Assembly (NCBI GenBank): GCA_913773825.1
Contig: CAJYHH010000218.1
Location: forward strand, 1 to 32,146
Direction of reading: 5' to 3'
DNA from: Candidatus Sericytochromatia bacterium
GTDB taxonomy: Bacteria; Cyanobacteriota; Sericytochromatia; UBA7694
DNA length: 32,146 nt
Position 1 is the stretch's first letter; the number at the start of each line of letters is the position of its first letter. Position numbers and translations under genes: made by a program. The notes below the pieces were generated by a model. It was given only the letters and a program-made list of their open reading frames with translations, searched no databases and was not told where the DNA came from. Below, piece by piece: positions 7,068 to 16,018 of this stretch.

Positions 7068-7277
7068 ATGTTACCAAGTTCTGAAGACTTGTTTTTGATT
7101 ACCTATCAACGTGAGGGGCTGATCCGGCGTGATAGCTGGTTTCATCAGCCTGACGAAGCGCAGCGTCATGTGGCTTATCTTCAGAATCTGTTTCCGGAAG
7201 CCCAGGTTCAGCTCCATGTGATTCCTGTTGGCGTAATGGCATCAGCTACGGATTCTTCGCGCTATCTTTCATTCTGA
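7068..7277 (+). CDS. Small hypothetical protein (69 aa).
   Basis: A strong AGGAGG lies 6 nt upstream of the ATG. The stop TGA (7275-7277) is 1 nt before the next ATG, so translation is probably coupled to the downstream lipoprotein gene. Confidence 0.6.
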   Translation: MLPSSEDLFLITYQREGLIRRDSWFHQPDEAQRHVAYLQNLFPEAQVQLHVIPVGVMASATDSSRYLSF

Positions 7278-7278
7278 T

Positions 7279-8469
7279 ATGAAAATGCTAAGTCTGCTGT
7301 CACTGGGTTTATGTTTAGCTCTGACTTTAAATGCCTGTGATCCGCCAGTCTCACCTGCTGTAACGGGTAATCAAACGACTCATCCTAATCAAGCGGTGAC
7401 TCAAACAGGACCTGGCTCTTACCGCTGGACGGTGATGGTGGATAACGCAATGGCTGTTAGCCAGACAAGTACTCAAACAACTGAACGACCAATTTCTAAG
7501 CCGACCGCCAACTGGCGTAAACCCTTAACGCTTCAGCAGCTTCACTCTGTTGAAGTCGCTGGTTTTACCATTTTGGCCGCCCAAATTCAGACGCGTACTC
7601 AACAAAGTTCACAAGTCGCAGCTTATCAACAGGAGCTTCAGGCCCGCTCTGCTGCCTTAAAACAAGCCCGTGAAGCTGCCATTCGCCAAAATGCTGAAGC
7701 TGCTGAAGCCCGCCGTAAACAGGCTGAAGCCCGTTACAATGAGCAAAAAGCCGCACAACAGCAGCGTTATCAAGAGAATCTGGCAAAACAATCGCCCCAA
7801 CCTTCTTCAGCACTTGTCAGTCCGCGTCCGGCGCCTTCTGCAAGCTCTGGATTTAGCACCCAGGCTAAAACGCCAGAGCCCGCCTGGCGTTTGGTTTATC
7901 TGAATAACGGTCAGTTTCAGCTTGAATCTGCGACTGCGCCAACGGGGCCTTTGATTGTAAAAATGCGTTTAGAAGGTTTTACGGAGCCTGTCACCGTCCC
8001 TCTGAGCCGTGAGAGTGCGCCTGTCATTACAGCGGCTCGCAACTTTCAAGGGCAAACCGTTGTGACGGGCAGCTTTAGCCAGATTCCGACACCTAGTCAG
8101 TCTGGCGGCCCGCAAACAGGCGTGTTTACGATTCAACCAGATGCTGAAGGTGGCCAGAACCTTGACTGGACCAGTCCTGACGGGAGTCAGCATCGTTTTG
8201 ATCTGGATACCCTGCCAGCCAGTGGTTTTGCTGACCCAACTCAAGCAGAAGCTTTGCCGGGTGTTGACCAGGATGTGGCCGCTCAGCAATTTGCTGACAT
8301 TGATCAGATGTTTGCTGATCTTGAACGCAGCTTTAGCTCTATGCCAAACGCGTCTGATGGCTGGGCAAACACTGATTGGCCAAGTGACAGCTCTGCATCC
8401 AGTCAGCAAAGTCAAGAAAGCCAGCCGAGTCAAAGTAGCCAAAGCGATGACGGGTTCTTTTCAGACTGA
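7279..8469 (+). CDS. Lipoprotein with a central Ala/Gln/Arg-rich coiled-coil segment and an acidic Ser/Gln-rich tail.
   Basis: MKMLSLLSLGLCLALTLNAC carries a lipobox LNA|C. The segment QQELQARSAALKQAREAAIRQNAEAAEARRKQAEARYNEQKAAQQQ is coiled-coil-like. The C-terminus has SQQSQESQPSQSSQS repeats. Confidence 0.7.
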   Translation: MKMLSLLSLGLCLALTLNACDPPVSPAVTGNQTTHPNQAVTQTGPGSYRWTVMVDNAMAVSQTSTQTTERPISKPTANWRKPLTLQQLHSVEVAGFTILAAQIQTRTQQSSQVAAYQQELQARSAALKQAREAAIRQNAEAAEARRKQAEARYNEQKAAQQQRYQENLAKQSPQPSSALVSPRPAPSASSGFSTQAKTPEPAWRLVYLNNGQFQLESATAPTGPLIVKMRLEGFTEPVTVPLSRESAPVITAARNFQGQTVVTGSFSQIPTPSQSGGPQTGVFTIQPDAEGGQNLDWTSPDGSQHRFDLDTLPASGFADPTQAEALPGVDQDVAAQQFADIDQMFADLERSFSSMPNASDGWANTDWPSDSSASSQQSQESQPSQSSQSDDGFFSD

Positions 8470-8517
8470 GACCATTCGCTAAAACCTTTTAATCAAGCTG
8501 TTTTTTTTTCTGACTTA

Positions 8518-8545
8518 TTGAGTCATTTCACAAATCCCCTATAAT
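8518..8545 (+). promoter_or_regulatory. Sigma-70-type promoter upstream of the first LysR gene.
   Basis: TTGAGT (8518-8523), a 16-nt spacer, then TATAAT (8540-8545), about 40 nt upstream of the ATG at 8585. Confidence 0.5.
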
Positions 8546-8584
8546 GAGACATTCATTTGGGATTTTCTTACGTGAGGCCTGCTC

Positions 8585-9541
8585 ATGGATTTGCCAGGGT
8601 ACCCTGTTTTGAAAGAAAAATGGGTCAACAGCTTTCTTGCTGTCAGCAAGACGCTGGATCTTGCTCTGGCTTCTGAACAGCTTAAACTCACGCCGCGTAC
8701 GCTAAACCGGAATCTGCAGGCGCTTGAAAAAGCACTGGGTACGTCTTTATTACTGCGTCAGCCAGGCAATAAAGTTTTGCTCGTTTCTGATGGACTTGTC
8801 TTATTAGAAGAGCTCCAGACGCTGGAAAGCCAACTCAACACGCTGTTCTTTAACGCTGGTCTGAAGACTCACCAGCAGGTTCCTGAACCCAAGACTTATG
8901 CTGAGCCCCAGCAGCTTTTATTGGCTTGCTGTAGTCCTTGGCCGATGATGATTTTGCCGCCTTTACTCGATCAGCTTGAAGCTGCGGGTCAGCGCTTTTA
9001 TCCGCGTGTACGCCAGTTGGCCTGGGCTGAACAGGTTGAATCTGCTGTCTTAGCGGGCCAGGCTGAACTCGGTTTAAGTTGTCGTCAACCCGTTTCTGAT
9101 GCACTCTGCTGGCAACAAGCTGCTGAGATTCCCTATTTAATTGTCAGCGCACTTCAGCCCAAGCGCGGCTGGCAGGACTGGGCATATATTACGGGTTTTG
9201 GACATCAGCCCGGCAGTTTGCATGGGCCATGGAATGAAGAGCAATTTCCTCGTCAAGTTGTCATGCGCAGCGAAAGCCTCAGTGCTGTGCTGGATTTGCT
9301 CACCAGTGGGTTGTGCGCGGCCTGGCTGCCTGAGTGTCTGGTTGATGAGATGATTCAGGAGCGTGAATTTGCCGAAGTAGCCGATCCTCCTGAGCCCCGT
9401 TTCCTAACACCTTATCTGATCTGGCGTCGGGATACGGATTTAAGTGATTTAACCCAAGAGCTGATGAATGGGCTGATGCTGAAATTAAAAGCTGCTGAGC
9501 CTGCCCAGGCTAAAGATCAGCTAGATCAGGTGCAGTCATGA
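8585..9541 (+). CDS. LysR-family transcriptional regulator, divergent.
   Basis: N-terminal winged-HTH pattern FLAVSKTLDLALASEQLKLTPRTLNRNLQALEKALGTSLLLRQ, followed by a ~200-aa substrate-binding-like domain. It overlaps the next LysR gene by 4 nt (ATGA). Confidence 0.7.
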   Translation: MDLPGYPVLKEKWVNSFLAVSKTLDLALASEQLKLTPRTLNRNLQALEKALGTSLLLRQPGNKVLLVSDGLVLLEELQTLESQLNTLFFNAGLKTHQQVPEPKTYAEPQQLLLACCSPWPMMILPPLLDQLEAAGQRFYPRVRQLAWAEQVESAVLAGQAELGLSCRQPVSDALCWQQAAEIPYLIVSALQPKRGWQDWAYITGFGHQPGSLHGPWNEEQFPRQVVMRSESLSAVLDLLTSGLCAAWLPECLVDEMIQEREFAEVADPPEPRFLTPYLIWRRDTDLSDLTQELMNGLMLKLKAAEPAQAKDQLDQVQS

Positions 9542-10419
9542 GCGAGATTTCGCTGGAAGCCCTTTATTATTTTCTGGTGTTGTCTGAATCTGGGCATTAT
9601 GGTCAGGCAGCAGAACAGCTGTTTATTACTCAGCAGGCTTTAAGCAAAAGTATCAGCCAGCTGGAAGAGCGTTTTGGGGCTGAGTTATTTAGTCGCCAGG
9701 GGCGGCGGAAGGTTTTAACACCGGCCGGTGAAGCGCTTCAGCAGCGAGCTCGTCAGCTTTTAAACCAAGTCCAGCAAATCGAAAATCGCTTTGAGCAGCG
9801 TGAGCTACCGTCTGCAGGAACTTGTTTAAAACTGGCTGCACCTTTGTTTCCGCGCTTACCTATGATGCCCTTAATTAAAAAACTCCTGCGCGCTGACCCC
9901 AAGCTGTGTTTTGAGTGTCAGCGCGATCTGCTGCCTGAAGACATGGAGCAGGCTCTGTTGCAAGGGCAGCTGGATCTGGCTTTTTATCAGGCCCCGGCAG
10001 TTTCTCAAGACTTAAAATCTCGTTTACTTTCAACCCGTCGTTTTGTATTAGTTGCTCAACCTGCTGATGCTCATCGCAACTGGAATGAAGTGTCTTATAT
10101 TCGTTATCTGCCGACTTTTGACGCTTATGATGCATTCTTTTGGCCTTTAGAATTACACGCTCAGCGGATTGTGGCTGAAGCTGATCTTGAAACCGCTTTA
10201 CGCTGGTGTGAACGCGGTAAAGGGGCAATGTATCTGCCTGAATCGTTTGTTCGTCACCGTCTGGCAACCGGGCGCCTGGTTAAGCTGAGTCCTCCACCTT
10301 TTGAATATTTGCTTGAGACCTATCTGATCTGGAATCCAGAAACTTTAGCCGCAGATAGCCTGGCCTCATTGGTTATTCAACAATTGCTAAAACAGCTTGA
10401 CGACGCTGTTCTCGTCTGA
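9538..10419 (+). CDS. LysR-family transcriptional regulator.
   Basis: LEALYYFLVLSESGHYGQAAEQLFITQQALSKSISQLEERFGAELFSRQGRRKVLTPAGEAL is a canonical LysR HTH region. The length of 293 aa is typical. Confidence 0.85.
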   Translation: MSEISLEALYYFLVLSESGHYGQAAEQLFITQQALSKSISQLEERFGAELFSRQGRRKVLTPAGEALQQRARQLLNQVQQIENRFEQRELPSAGTCLKLAAPLFPRLPMMPLIKKLLRADPKLCFECQRDLLPEDMEQALLQGQLDLAFYQAPAVSQDLKSRLLSTRRFVLVAQPADAHRNWNEVSYIRYLPTFDAYDAFFWPLELHAQRIVAEADLETALRWCERGKGAMYLPESFVRHRLATGRLVKLSPPPFEYLLETYLIWNPETLAADSLASLVIQQLLKQLDDAVLV

Positions 10420-10447
10420 ACAGCTTAAGATTCACAACTTTTTAAAC

Positions 10448-10477
10448 AACATTCATGACAAAAAAGTCGTGAATGTT
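10448..10477 (+). promoter_or_regulatory. 12-bp inverted repeat: candidate LysR operator, or a terminator lacking a U-tract.
   Basis: aacattcatgac (10448-10459) pairs with gtcgtgaatgtt (10466-10477) at 11 of 12 positions (the mismatch is a G-U in RNA), with an aaaaaa loop. It lies 29 nt after the LysR stop and about 110 nt before the 10590 gene. The ATTCA...TGAAT half-sites resemble LysR-type dyads. Confidence 0.4.
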
Positions 10478-10589
10478 AAGCGGTGTCTGCTTCGATAGTA
10501 GACATGATGTCTTTTGCTTGAGAGAAACTCAGTATGATCCACAAGCATCTTTAATCGGCATCAAGCTACGAGAGAAATGAGGCAAAATT

Positions 10590-11093
10590 ATGTCAAATCT
10601 TCACTTTAACCCAATGCCAACTCTGACGCCGCTCACTTTAGGGGCATCATTGCCAGCCCCTGTGCAAACAACGTCTCCTGCACCTTCGCCCTCATCAAGT
10701 TCGCAACTTCAGCAGGATATTGTCGGGCTTAAAGCCCCTCAAAAGGGTTTTGTACCGACTCTTAAAGCCAGTGGTGCGGGTCTGGCTGCTGGCGCTCTCG
10801 TTGGCGGGATGCTTTCCATGGTTCCGACTTTGGCCTCAAGTTCAAATATGGCTGGGCTCTATGTCATGACGGGCGTGATGGGCGGTGCTGTAGGGGGAGC
10901 CTTGGCGGGTGGTCTTAACGCCAGTGCAGGCGACAAAGCCTCTGCTGCGCTTTCAAGCGCGGTTGTTGGGGGTGTTTTAGGCGGCACAATTGGATTATTC
11001 TCGGGCGGGATTAAAGGCGCTTTGATGACCGGTGTAACGGCTGCTGCAGTCAGCGCTAGCGGAGCTTATTCAGGGGCTTTTGTAAACCAATAA
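10590..11093 (+). CDS. Gly/Ala-rich (glycine-zipper-like) membrane protein; paralog of 4156..4668.
   Basis: 167 aa with the same architecture as 4156..4668: a Pro/Ser-rich N-terminus followed by TGVMGGAVGGALAGGL... GxxxG repeats. Aligned blocks include GAGMGGALAGAVAGGL vs TGVMGGAVGGALAGGL and GGFSAKAF vs GAYSGAFV. Confidence 0.65.
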   Translation: MSNLHFNPMPTLTPLTLGASLPAPVQTTSPAPSPSSSSQLQQDIVGLKAPQKGFVPTLKASGAGLAAGALVGGMLSMVPTLASSSNMAGLYVMTGVMGGAVGGALAGGLNASAGDKASAALSSAVVGGVLGGTIGLFSGGIKGALMTGVTAAAVSASGAYSGAFVNQ

Positions 11094-11207
11094 GTATGAA
11101 GCCTGTTGAGTGAAGCTTAGGTCTAAAAATTATCTCTCGATCTTCAGAAATCACCAAACAGGCTCTATACTATCAAAATAGTCAAAAAATCCCCGGAGAA
11201 TTTTGTG

Positions 11208-11816
11208 ATGTTCCAGCCTCAACTTCGTTCTGTTTCTATGCTGCTGGCGGGTTTTGCTCTGCTGAGTGCCTGTAGTTCCCAAACGCCTGCTGCCATTCAG
11301 AACTTAAATGCCCAGCGTACACAACAGAACCAGTCAGCTCAGTCAGCTCAGTCAGCACAAAGTGCTGCCCAGCCGCGCATTTTAGAGACGTTTAAAGCTT
11401 TTGTGGGCCAAAGAACCGAAACCAATCGCCCTGATTTTGAACTGTTGTTTGAAGCGCGTTCTCTGTTAGGCAAAACTTACCGTACCGGTGGTAACAGCAC
11501 CATTCGCTATTATCTGCGCTTTAACAGCGATAACAGTGAAGGCCTGTCACGGGCTTATGGCACCATTCGCTTTGGGCGTGACGGTGTGTTTTATATCGAA
11601 AATTATTTAAACTCAGGTTCTTATCAGTATTATCGTCTGGGAACCTATCGCCAGCCTCAGCAATGGCAAGTCGGCAGCGAAGTTGAGTTTAAGCTTGATC
11701 CGGGCGTCAAGCTGGATATGCATTGGCAGGGTATTAACCCGATGGCTAAAAACTATATTCAGGTTTTCACCCCGACAATTCAGCCCGTTAACAAAGCCAA
11801 TCCTGAATTTTTCTGA
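11208..11816 (+). CDS. Lipoprotein of unknown function.
   Basis: MFQPQLRSVSMLLAGFALLSAC carries a lipobox LSA|C, followed by an (SAQ)n repeat. The ATG at 11208 sits 8 nt after GGAGA. The track begins one codon earlier at a GTG. Confidence 0.7.
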   Translation: MFQPQLRSVSMLLAGFALLSACSSQTPAAIQNLNAQRTQQNQSAQSAQSAQSAAQPRILETFKAFVGQRTETNRPDFELLFEARSLLGKTYRTGGNSTIRYYLRFNSDNSEGLSRAYGTIRFGRDGVFYIENYLNSGSYQYYRLGTYRQPQQWQVGSEVEFKLDPGVKLDMHWQGINPMAKNYIQVFTPTIQPVNKANPEFF

Positions 11817-11868
11817 TTTTTAAACTTTCGGCCCAAGAGGCATTTCTGGGCTTAATAACCGTTTTTTG

Positions 11869-11908
11869 CTGCGCTAAGCTGAAAATAAGGGCTTAGCGCA
11901 GTTTGTTT
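11869..11908 (+). terminator. Rho-independent terminator after the 11208..11816 gene.
   Basis: 11-bp perfect stem: ctgcgctaagc (11869-11879) pairs with gcttagcgcag (11891-11901), followed by tttgttt. Confidence 0.8.
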
Positions 11909-12017
11909 ATAAAGCCTGAAATTTGCCTCAGCGTGGCTGACTACGCACGTTCAGCCCCTGTCTTGCCTATATAATGCATATAACACCAGACTCAAGACAG
12001 AGGAACTTCTCTCAGTT

Positions 12018-13535
12018 ATGTCGAACGTCGGCCCCGGTTTTCAGCGGCCTGATTCCCAGTCGCTTAAACCCCTGCATCAGGTACTGGCTCAGCAAAATAG
12101 CGCCAGTGCTGCGTCTGCCCTGATTCCAGCTCAGAGCCTGAGTTTAGCTGCGCCGCGCAGCACACTTGATGCATTTAAAGCTTCTACCCCGCTTAAACTG
12201 GATGCCCGTGCGGCCAACTCACTGGTGCTGCAGCCAACCCTCAAGGCTGCTCCTCCCCCTTCGCCGATTTCTTCAGAAAAATTCTTTCAGGTCACTCAGG
12301 CCTATCAGGATGAAGTGCGTAAGATGCTTGAGCAGGCGCCGTCTGGCAGTAAGCTCGCCACTTATAAAAACAGCCTGAGCGCGCTGCATATGTCGACCCT
12401 GCCTGACTGGGCGGCTAAAATCGATAAACCCAAGCTCGACGCCAAAATTCAGGCTCTGGCTAAAGATCCAGAAGTCTTAAATGCTTTTGAAGTCAGCCGT
12501 CGACGCGTGATTGCGCGCAGTTTTGGCGCCCAGGGTGCCCCTGTACATCAGATTAAAGCCCATCTGCTCAGCGATCGCTTTAGTCAGCGTCTGCAACAGT
12601 ACCCGACCGCTCAGCGTCAGCAAATTGTTGCTCATGAACTGCAAAAGATCGCTTTATTAGGCCCTAATCAGCTTGAGGACATTACCCAGCGCCTGGCCGG
12701 TAAAATGATGCTGGAAGGTGGCTTAGAGGCTTATCGCTCTCTGCCAGCTGAAAAAACGCAAGCGGCTTTAAGCGATCTGATTACTGAAACCGGTGATGTC
12801 TTAGCTGCTGAAGATCATACGGGCGAAGGCCGCGGTATTAAAGCTGAAAAAGGCGGTAAAAAGAGTTCAAAAGCTCTGCGTGAAACCGCCAAGCAAGTCA
12901 GTATGGCCCTTGATCGCGCTCTGCGTGAACTGCCCGAAGCGATTCAGGACAATCCCCAGGAGCTGATAAAGAGCCTGGCCCAAAAATATGGCGCAAATGG
13001 TGCTAAAGCCGCTCATTGGCTGTCTAGTCTTGAAAAAACCGGCAAACTTGGCGCTTTAGATGCTGTGCTGGCCACCGTTAATCTGGTAACAACGGGTGTG
13101 CCCACTGATCTTAAATCAGCGGGCTCTTCTGTTTCATCCCTGTTTAGTGCTCTGAGCAAAGCTGAAGATTTAGCCAAAGTGCTGGGGACTTCTAAAGACA
13201 GCTTAAAGCTTTATAGCACCACTTTTAAAACCATGAAGTGGCTGGGTCCGATTGGCGACACGCTGTCAGCCGGAATCGACGGCTATGGTTCGTATAAAGA
13301 CTTTAAAGACGGTGATTTAATCGGCGGCACAGCCAAAGGTGTAGCGGCCGCTGCCAGCACAACCGGAGCCGCTTTAGGCGCTTTGATGCTGGCCGGTAAA
13401 GCCGGTAATAAAGCACCTTATGTGATTGCGGGCTCTGCGGTTGTTGGTCTGGTCGCCTGGGGTGTAGACGCGACCTTTGGTGAAAAACCCGAAGAAACCC
13501 TCCTCAGAAAGCTCGGCGTCCTTAAAAACGACTAG
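12018..13535 (+). CDS. Large helical hypothetical protein with a C-terminal Gly/Ala-rich hydrophobic helical hairpin.
   Basis: 505-aa ORF with no signal peptide and a mostly hydrophilic, helical-looking sequence. The last ~70 aa read GGTAKGVAAAASTTGAALGALMLAGKAGNKAPYVIAGSAVVGLVAWGV, which looks like two hydrophobic segments separated by a short polar turn. Confidence 0.6.
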   Translation: MSNVGPGFQRPDSQSLKPLHQVLAQQNSASAASALIPAQSLSLAAPRSTLDAFKASTPLKLDARAANSLVLQPTLKAAPPPSPISSEKFFQVTQAYQDEVRKMLEQAPSGSKLATYKNSLSALHMSTLPDWAAKIDKPKLDAKIQALAKDPEVLNAFEVSRRRVIARSFGAQGAPVHQIKAHLLSDRFSQRLQQYPTAQRQQIVAHELQKIALLGPNQLEDITQRLAGKMMLEGGLEAYRSLPAEKTQAALSDLITETGDVLAAEDHTGEGRGIKAEKGGKKSSKALRETAKQVSMALDRALRELPEAIQDNPQELIKSLAQKYGANGAKAAHWLSSLEKTGKLGALDAVLATVNLVTTGVPTDLKSAGSSVSSLFSALSKAEDLAKVLGTSKDSLKLYSTTFKTMKWLGPIGDTLSAGIDGYGSYKDFKDGDLIGGTAKGVAAAASTTGAALGALMLAGKAGNKAPYVIAGSAVVGLVAWGVDATFGEKPEETLLRKLGVLKND

Positions 13536-13558
13536 TCTTCTCCTGCTAAACTACCCTC

Positions 13559-14509
13559 ATGTTTCAATTGCCCGCACCGATTACGCCTGCTGAATTTGAT
13601 GCCCTTTGTGAAGCTCCCGCTACCCTGTTAAAAGCCGCTGCGACCATTGCACGCCAGCTGAGATTAGTGGGTGAGCTGACGCCGATGCCTGGCGGGGCTA
13701 ATTTTGTTGTGGCTGTGGGCCCCTGGAACGTGATTAAGCTGTTTCCGCCTTTTCAGCATTACCAGTGGGAGGCGGAATCGCGCGTTTTAAAAGCGCTTGA
13801 TGGCGTTAATCTGCCCGTTGCGATCCCGCAGTTTCGGGCAGCAGGTGAGCTGGATGGCTGGGGCTATGTGGCGATGTCACGTTTAAACGGCAATTCTTTG
13901 CAGAGCTGTTGGTTTGGGCTGGATGAACACGCCCGCTGTGAAGTTTTAGAGCAAATTGGCGTAGTTATGGCCGCTGTACACAGTTTGCCGACACCGTTTT
14001 TACCCGTCCTGGATCCGCCCTGGGAGCTGTTCTGGGAGCACCAGCGCGAACGGTGTTTGAGTTATCACCAGCGTCTGCGAGCTTTACCTGAGCCTCTTTT
14101 GGCTGAGTTGCCGGCCTGGTTTAAAACCCATGTGCCTGAACTTGCAGAATGGGGACCGCGTGTGTTGCTAACGGGTGAATATAGCCCTGAAAATCTCTTG
14201 CTGAATCAGCAGGCGCAGGGTTGGGCATTAACAGGCATGTATGATTTTGCAGATGCCATGCTGGGGCCTGCCCGCTATGACTGGCTAGGACCAATTTGCT
14301 TTTTGGTTCAGGGTCAGCGCGCCAGACTAGAAGCCTGGATACGCGGCTATCGTCTGGGTGAAATTGATGAACCTAAAGTAGCGCGTAAACTCTTAGCTGA
14401 TTTATTGATGCATCGCTATAGCCATCCGGAGATTCAGCTGCAGCTGCCTGATTGGCAGAAGTCTGCGAGTTTAGATGCTTTGGCTTTTCAACTCTGGCCG
14501 CTAGCCTGA
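13559..14509 (+). CDS. Phosphotransferase (APH/choline-kinase-like) family protein with a variant catalytic loop.
   Basis: Kinase-fold layout: LTGEYSPENLLL occupies the position of the HGDxxxxN catalytic loop, and MYDFADAMLGPARYDW matches the metal-binding iDFxxa...yD motif of the aminoglycoside phosphotransferase family. Confidence 0.6.
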   Translation: MFQLPAPITPAEFDALCEAPATLLKAAATIARQLRLVGELTPMPGGANFVVAVGPWNVIKLFPPFQHYQWEAESRVLKALDGVNLPVAIPQFRAAGELDGWGYVAMSRLNGNSLQSCWFGLDEHARCEVLEQIGVVMAAVHSLPTPFLPVLDPPWELFWEHQRERCLSYHQRLRALPEPLLAELPAWFKTHVPELAEWGPRVLLTGEYSPENLLLNQQAQGWALTGMYDFADAMLGPARYDWLGPICFLVQGQRARLEAWIRGYRLGEIDEPKVARKLLADLLMHRYSHPEIQLQLPDWQKSASLDALAFQLWPLA

Positions 14510-14557
14510 GTCATCTGTTAGGCTCTGCTGATTGAAGCCTTAAATGAGACAATCAAG

Positions 14558-16018
14558 ATGAGCACAATCAGTAAAACCAGCAAAACCAGTAAGCCAACCA
14601 GCCTGCTTTGGTTGCGTCGCGATCTGCGCTTAAGTGATCAAGCCGCGCTTAGCGCGGCTTTAGAGCACTCTGATCAGGTGATTCCAGTTTATATTTATTC
14701 TGATGCCAAAATGGACCAGCGTGGCGCTGCCAGTAACTGGTGGCTGCATTATTCTTTAGAGGCCTTCGACAAAAGCCTGAATCAAAAAGGCTCACGTTTG
14801 ATTTTGCGCAGTGGCAAGCCGCTAGAGGTTTTAAAAAGTCTATTGTCTGAAACAGGCGCCACAGCTATCTATGCCAATCGGCTTTACGAGCCTGAGCTGG
14901 CGGCCCGTGATCAAAAATTGGCGAGTCAGTTGCCATTAGAGCTGTTTAAAGGCAATCTACTCAGCGAACCCTGGGAAGCTAAAACCGGTGCTGGTGGCCC
15001 TTATCGGGTCTTTACGCCTTATTGGAAATCCCGCCTGCTGCACTTAAGCCCTGAAGAGCCTTTACCTGCACCCCCAAAATTACCGCCTGTGCCTAAGTCT
15101 CTTAAGTCTGAAAAACTGGCTGATTTAGGTCTGCTGCCGCAAATCCCTTGGGATTTGCAGATGCGCAAACACTGGAAAATTGGTGAGCAGGCTGCTCTGG
15201 CCCAACTCAAAAGCTGGCTGGATCAAGGTATTGAGACCTATGCCACTACCCGTAATCTACCTGGTATGTCAGGGACATCCTCGCTGTCGCCGCATCTGCA
15301 CTTTGGCGAAATCAGCCCCACTCAGATTTTCTGGGAACTGAGCCAACGTAACCCTGATCAGGCAGATCAGCGAGTGTTTTTTAGTGAGATTGGCTGGCGT
15401 GAGTTTTCCCATCACATACTGCATCACTTTCCTGATACCGTCACTGAACCGATGGATAAACGCTTTAAACATTTTCCCTGGCAGACTCACTCAAAAGCGC
15501 TAAAAGCCTGGCAGAAGGGCCAGACCGGTTACCCGATTGTTGATGCTGGCATGCGTGAGCTCTGGGCCTTGGGCTGGATGCATAATCGCGTCAGAATGAT
15601 TGTGGCGTCTTTTTTGACCAAAGATTTATTGATTCCTTGGCAAAAGGGCGCTGAATGGTTTTGGGATACCCTGGTTGACGCTGATTTAGCCGCCAATACT
15701 TTTAACTGGCAGTGGACCGCAGGCAGCGGTGCTGATGCCGCGCCTTTTTTCAGAATTTTTAATCCAATCAGTCAGGGCGAAAAATTTGATCCAGAGGGAC
15801 TTTATGTTCGGCAGTGGGTGCCAGAATTAGCTGCCCTGCCCGATAAATGGCTACATCGTCCCTGGGAAGCGCCAGAAGCTGTTTTGGCTGCAGCAAAGAT
15901 CAAGCTGGGTCAGGATTATCCTTTGCCGATTGTCGATCATGCTGACGCTCGTCATGCAGCATTGATGGCTTTTCAGGGCATTAAAGGGCGTAAAAAAGAA
16001 ACGGGACTTTTAGATTAG
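14558..16018 (+). CDS. phrB: Deoxyribodipyrimidine photolyase (class I CPD photolyase / cryptochrome family).
   Basis: LLWLRRDLRLSDQAAL, TSSLSPHLHFGEISP, GWMHNRVRMIVASFLTKDL and WQWTAGSGADAAPFFRIFNP are hallmark photolyase motifs. Confidence 0.9.
   Translation: MSTISKTSKTSKPTSLLWLRRDLRLSDQAALSAALEHSDQVIPVYIYSDAKMDQRGAASNWWLHYSLEAFDKSLNQKGSRLILRSGKPLEVLKSLLSETGATAIYANRLYEPELAARDQKLASQLPLELFKGNLLSEPWEAKTGAGGPYRVFTPYWKSRLLHLSPEEPLPAPPKLPPVPKSLKSEKLADLGLLPQIPWDLQMRKHWKIGEQAALAQLKSWLDQGIETYATTRNLPGMSGTSSLSPHLHFGEISPTQIFWELSQRNPDQADQRVFFSEIGWREFSHHILHHFPDTVTEPMDKRFKHFPWQTHSKALKAWQKGQTGYPIVDAGMRELWALGWMHNRVRMIVASFLTKDLLIPWQKGAEWFWDTLVDADLAANTFNWQWTAGSGADAAPFFRIFNPISQGEKFDPEGLYVRQWVPELAALPDKWLHRPWEAPEAVLAAAKIKLGQDYPLPIVDHADARHAALMAFQGIKGRKKETGLLD

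Noticed and set aside
11320-11370. Short DNA tandem repeats (cagtcagctcagtcagctcagtcagc, and similar ones at 1441-1500, 5830-5880 and 8400-8450) considered as CRISPR-like or regulatory repeats.
   Set aside because: They lie inside ORFs and simply encode low-complexity (SAQ)n, (TTTE)n, (QT)n and (SQ)n linkers. There is no repeat-spacer architecture.
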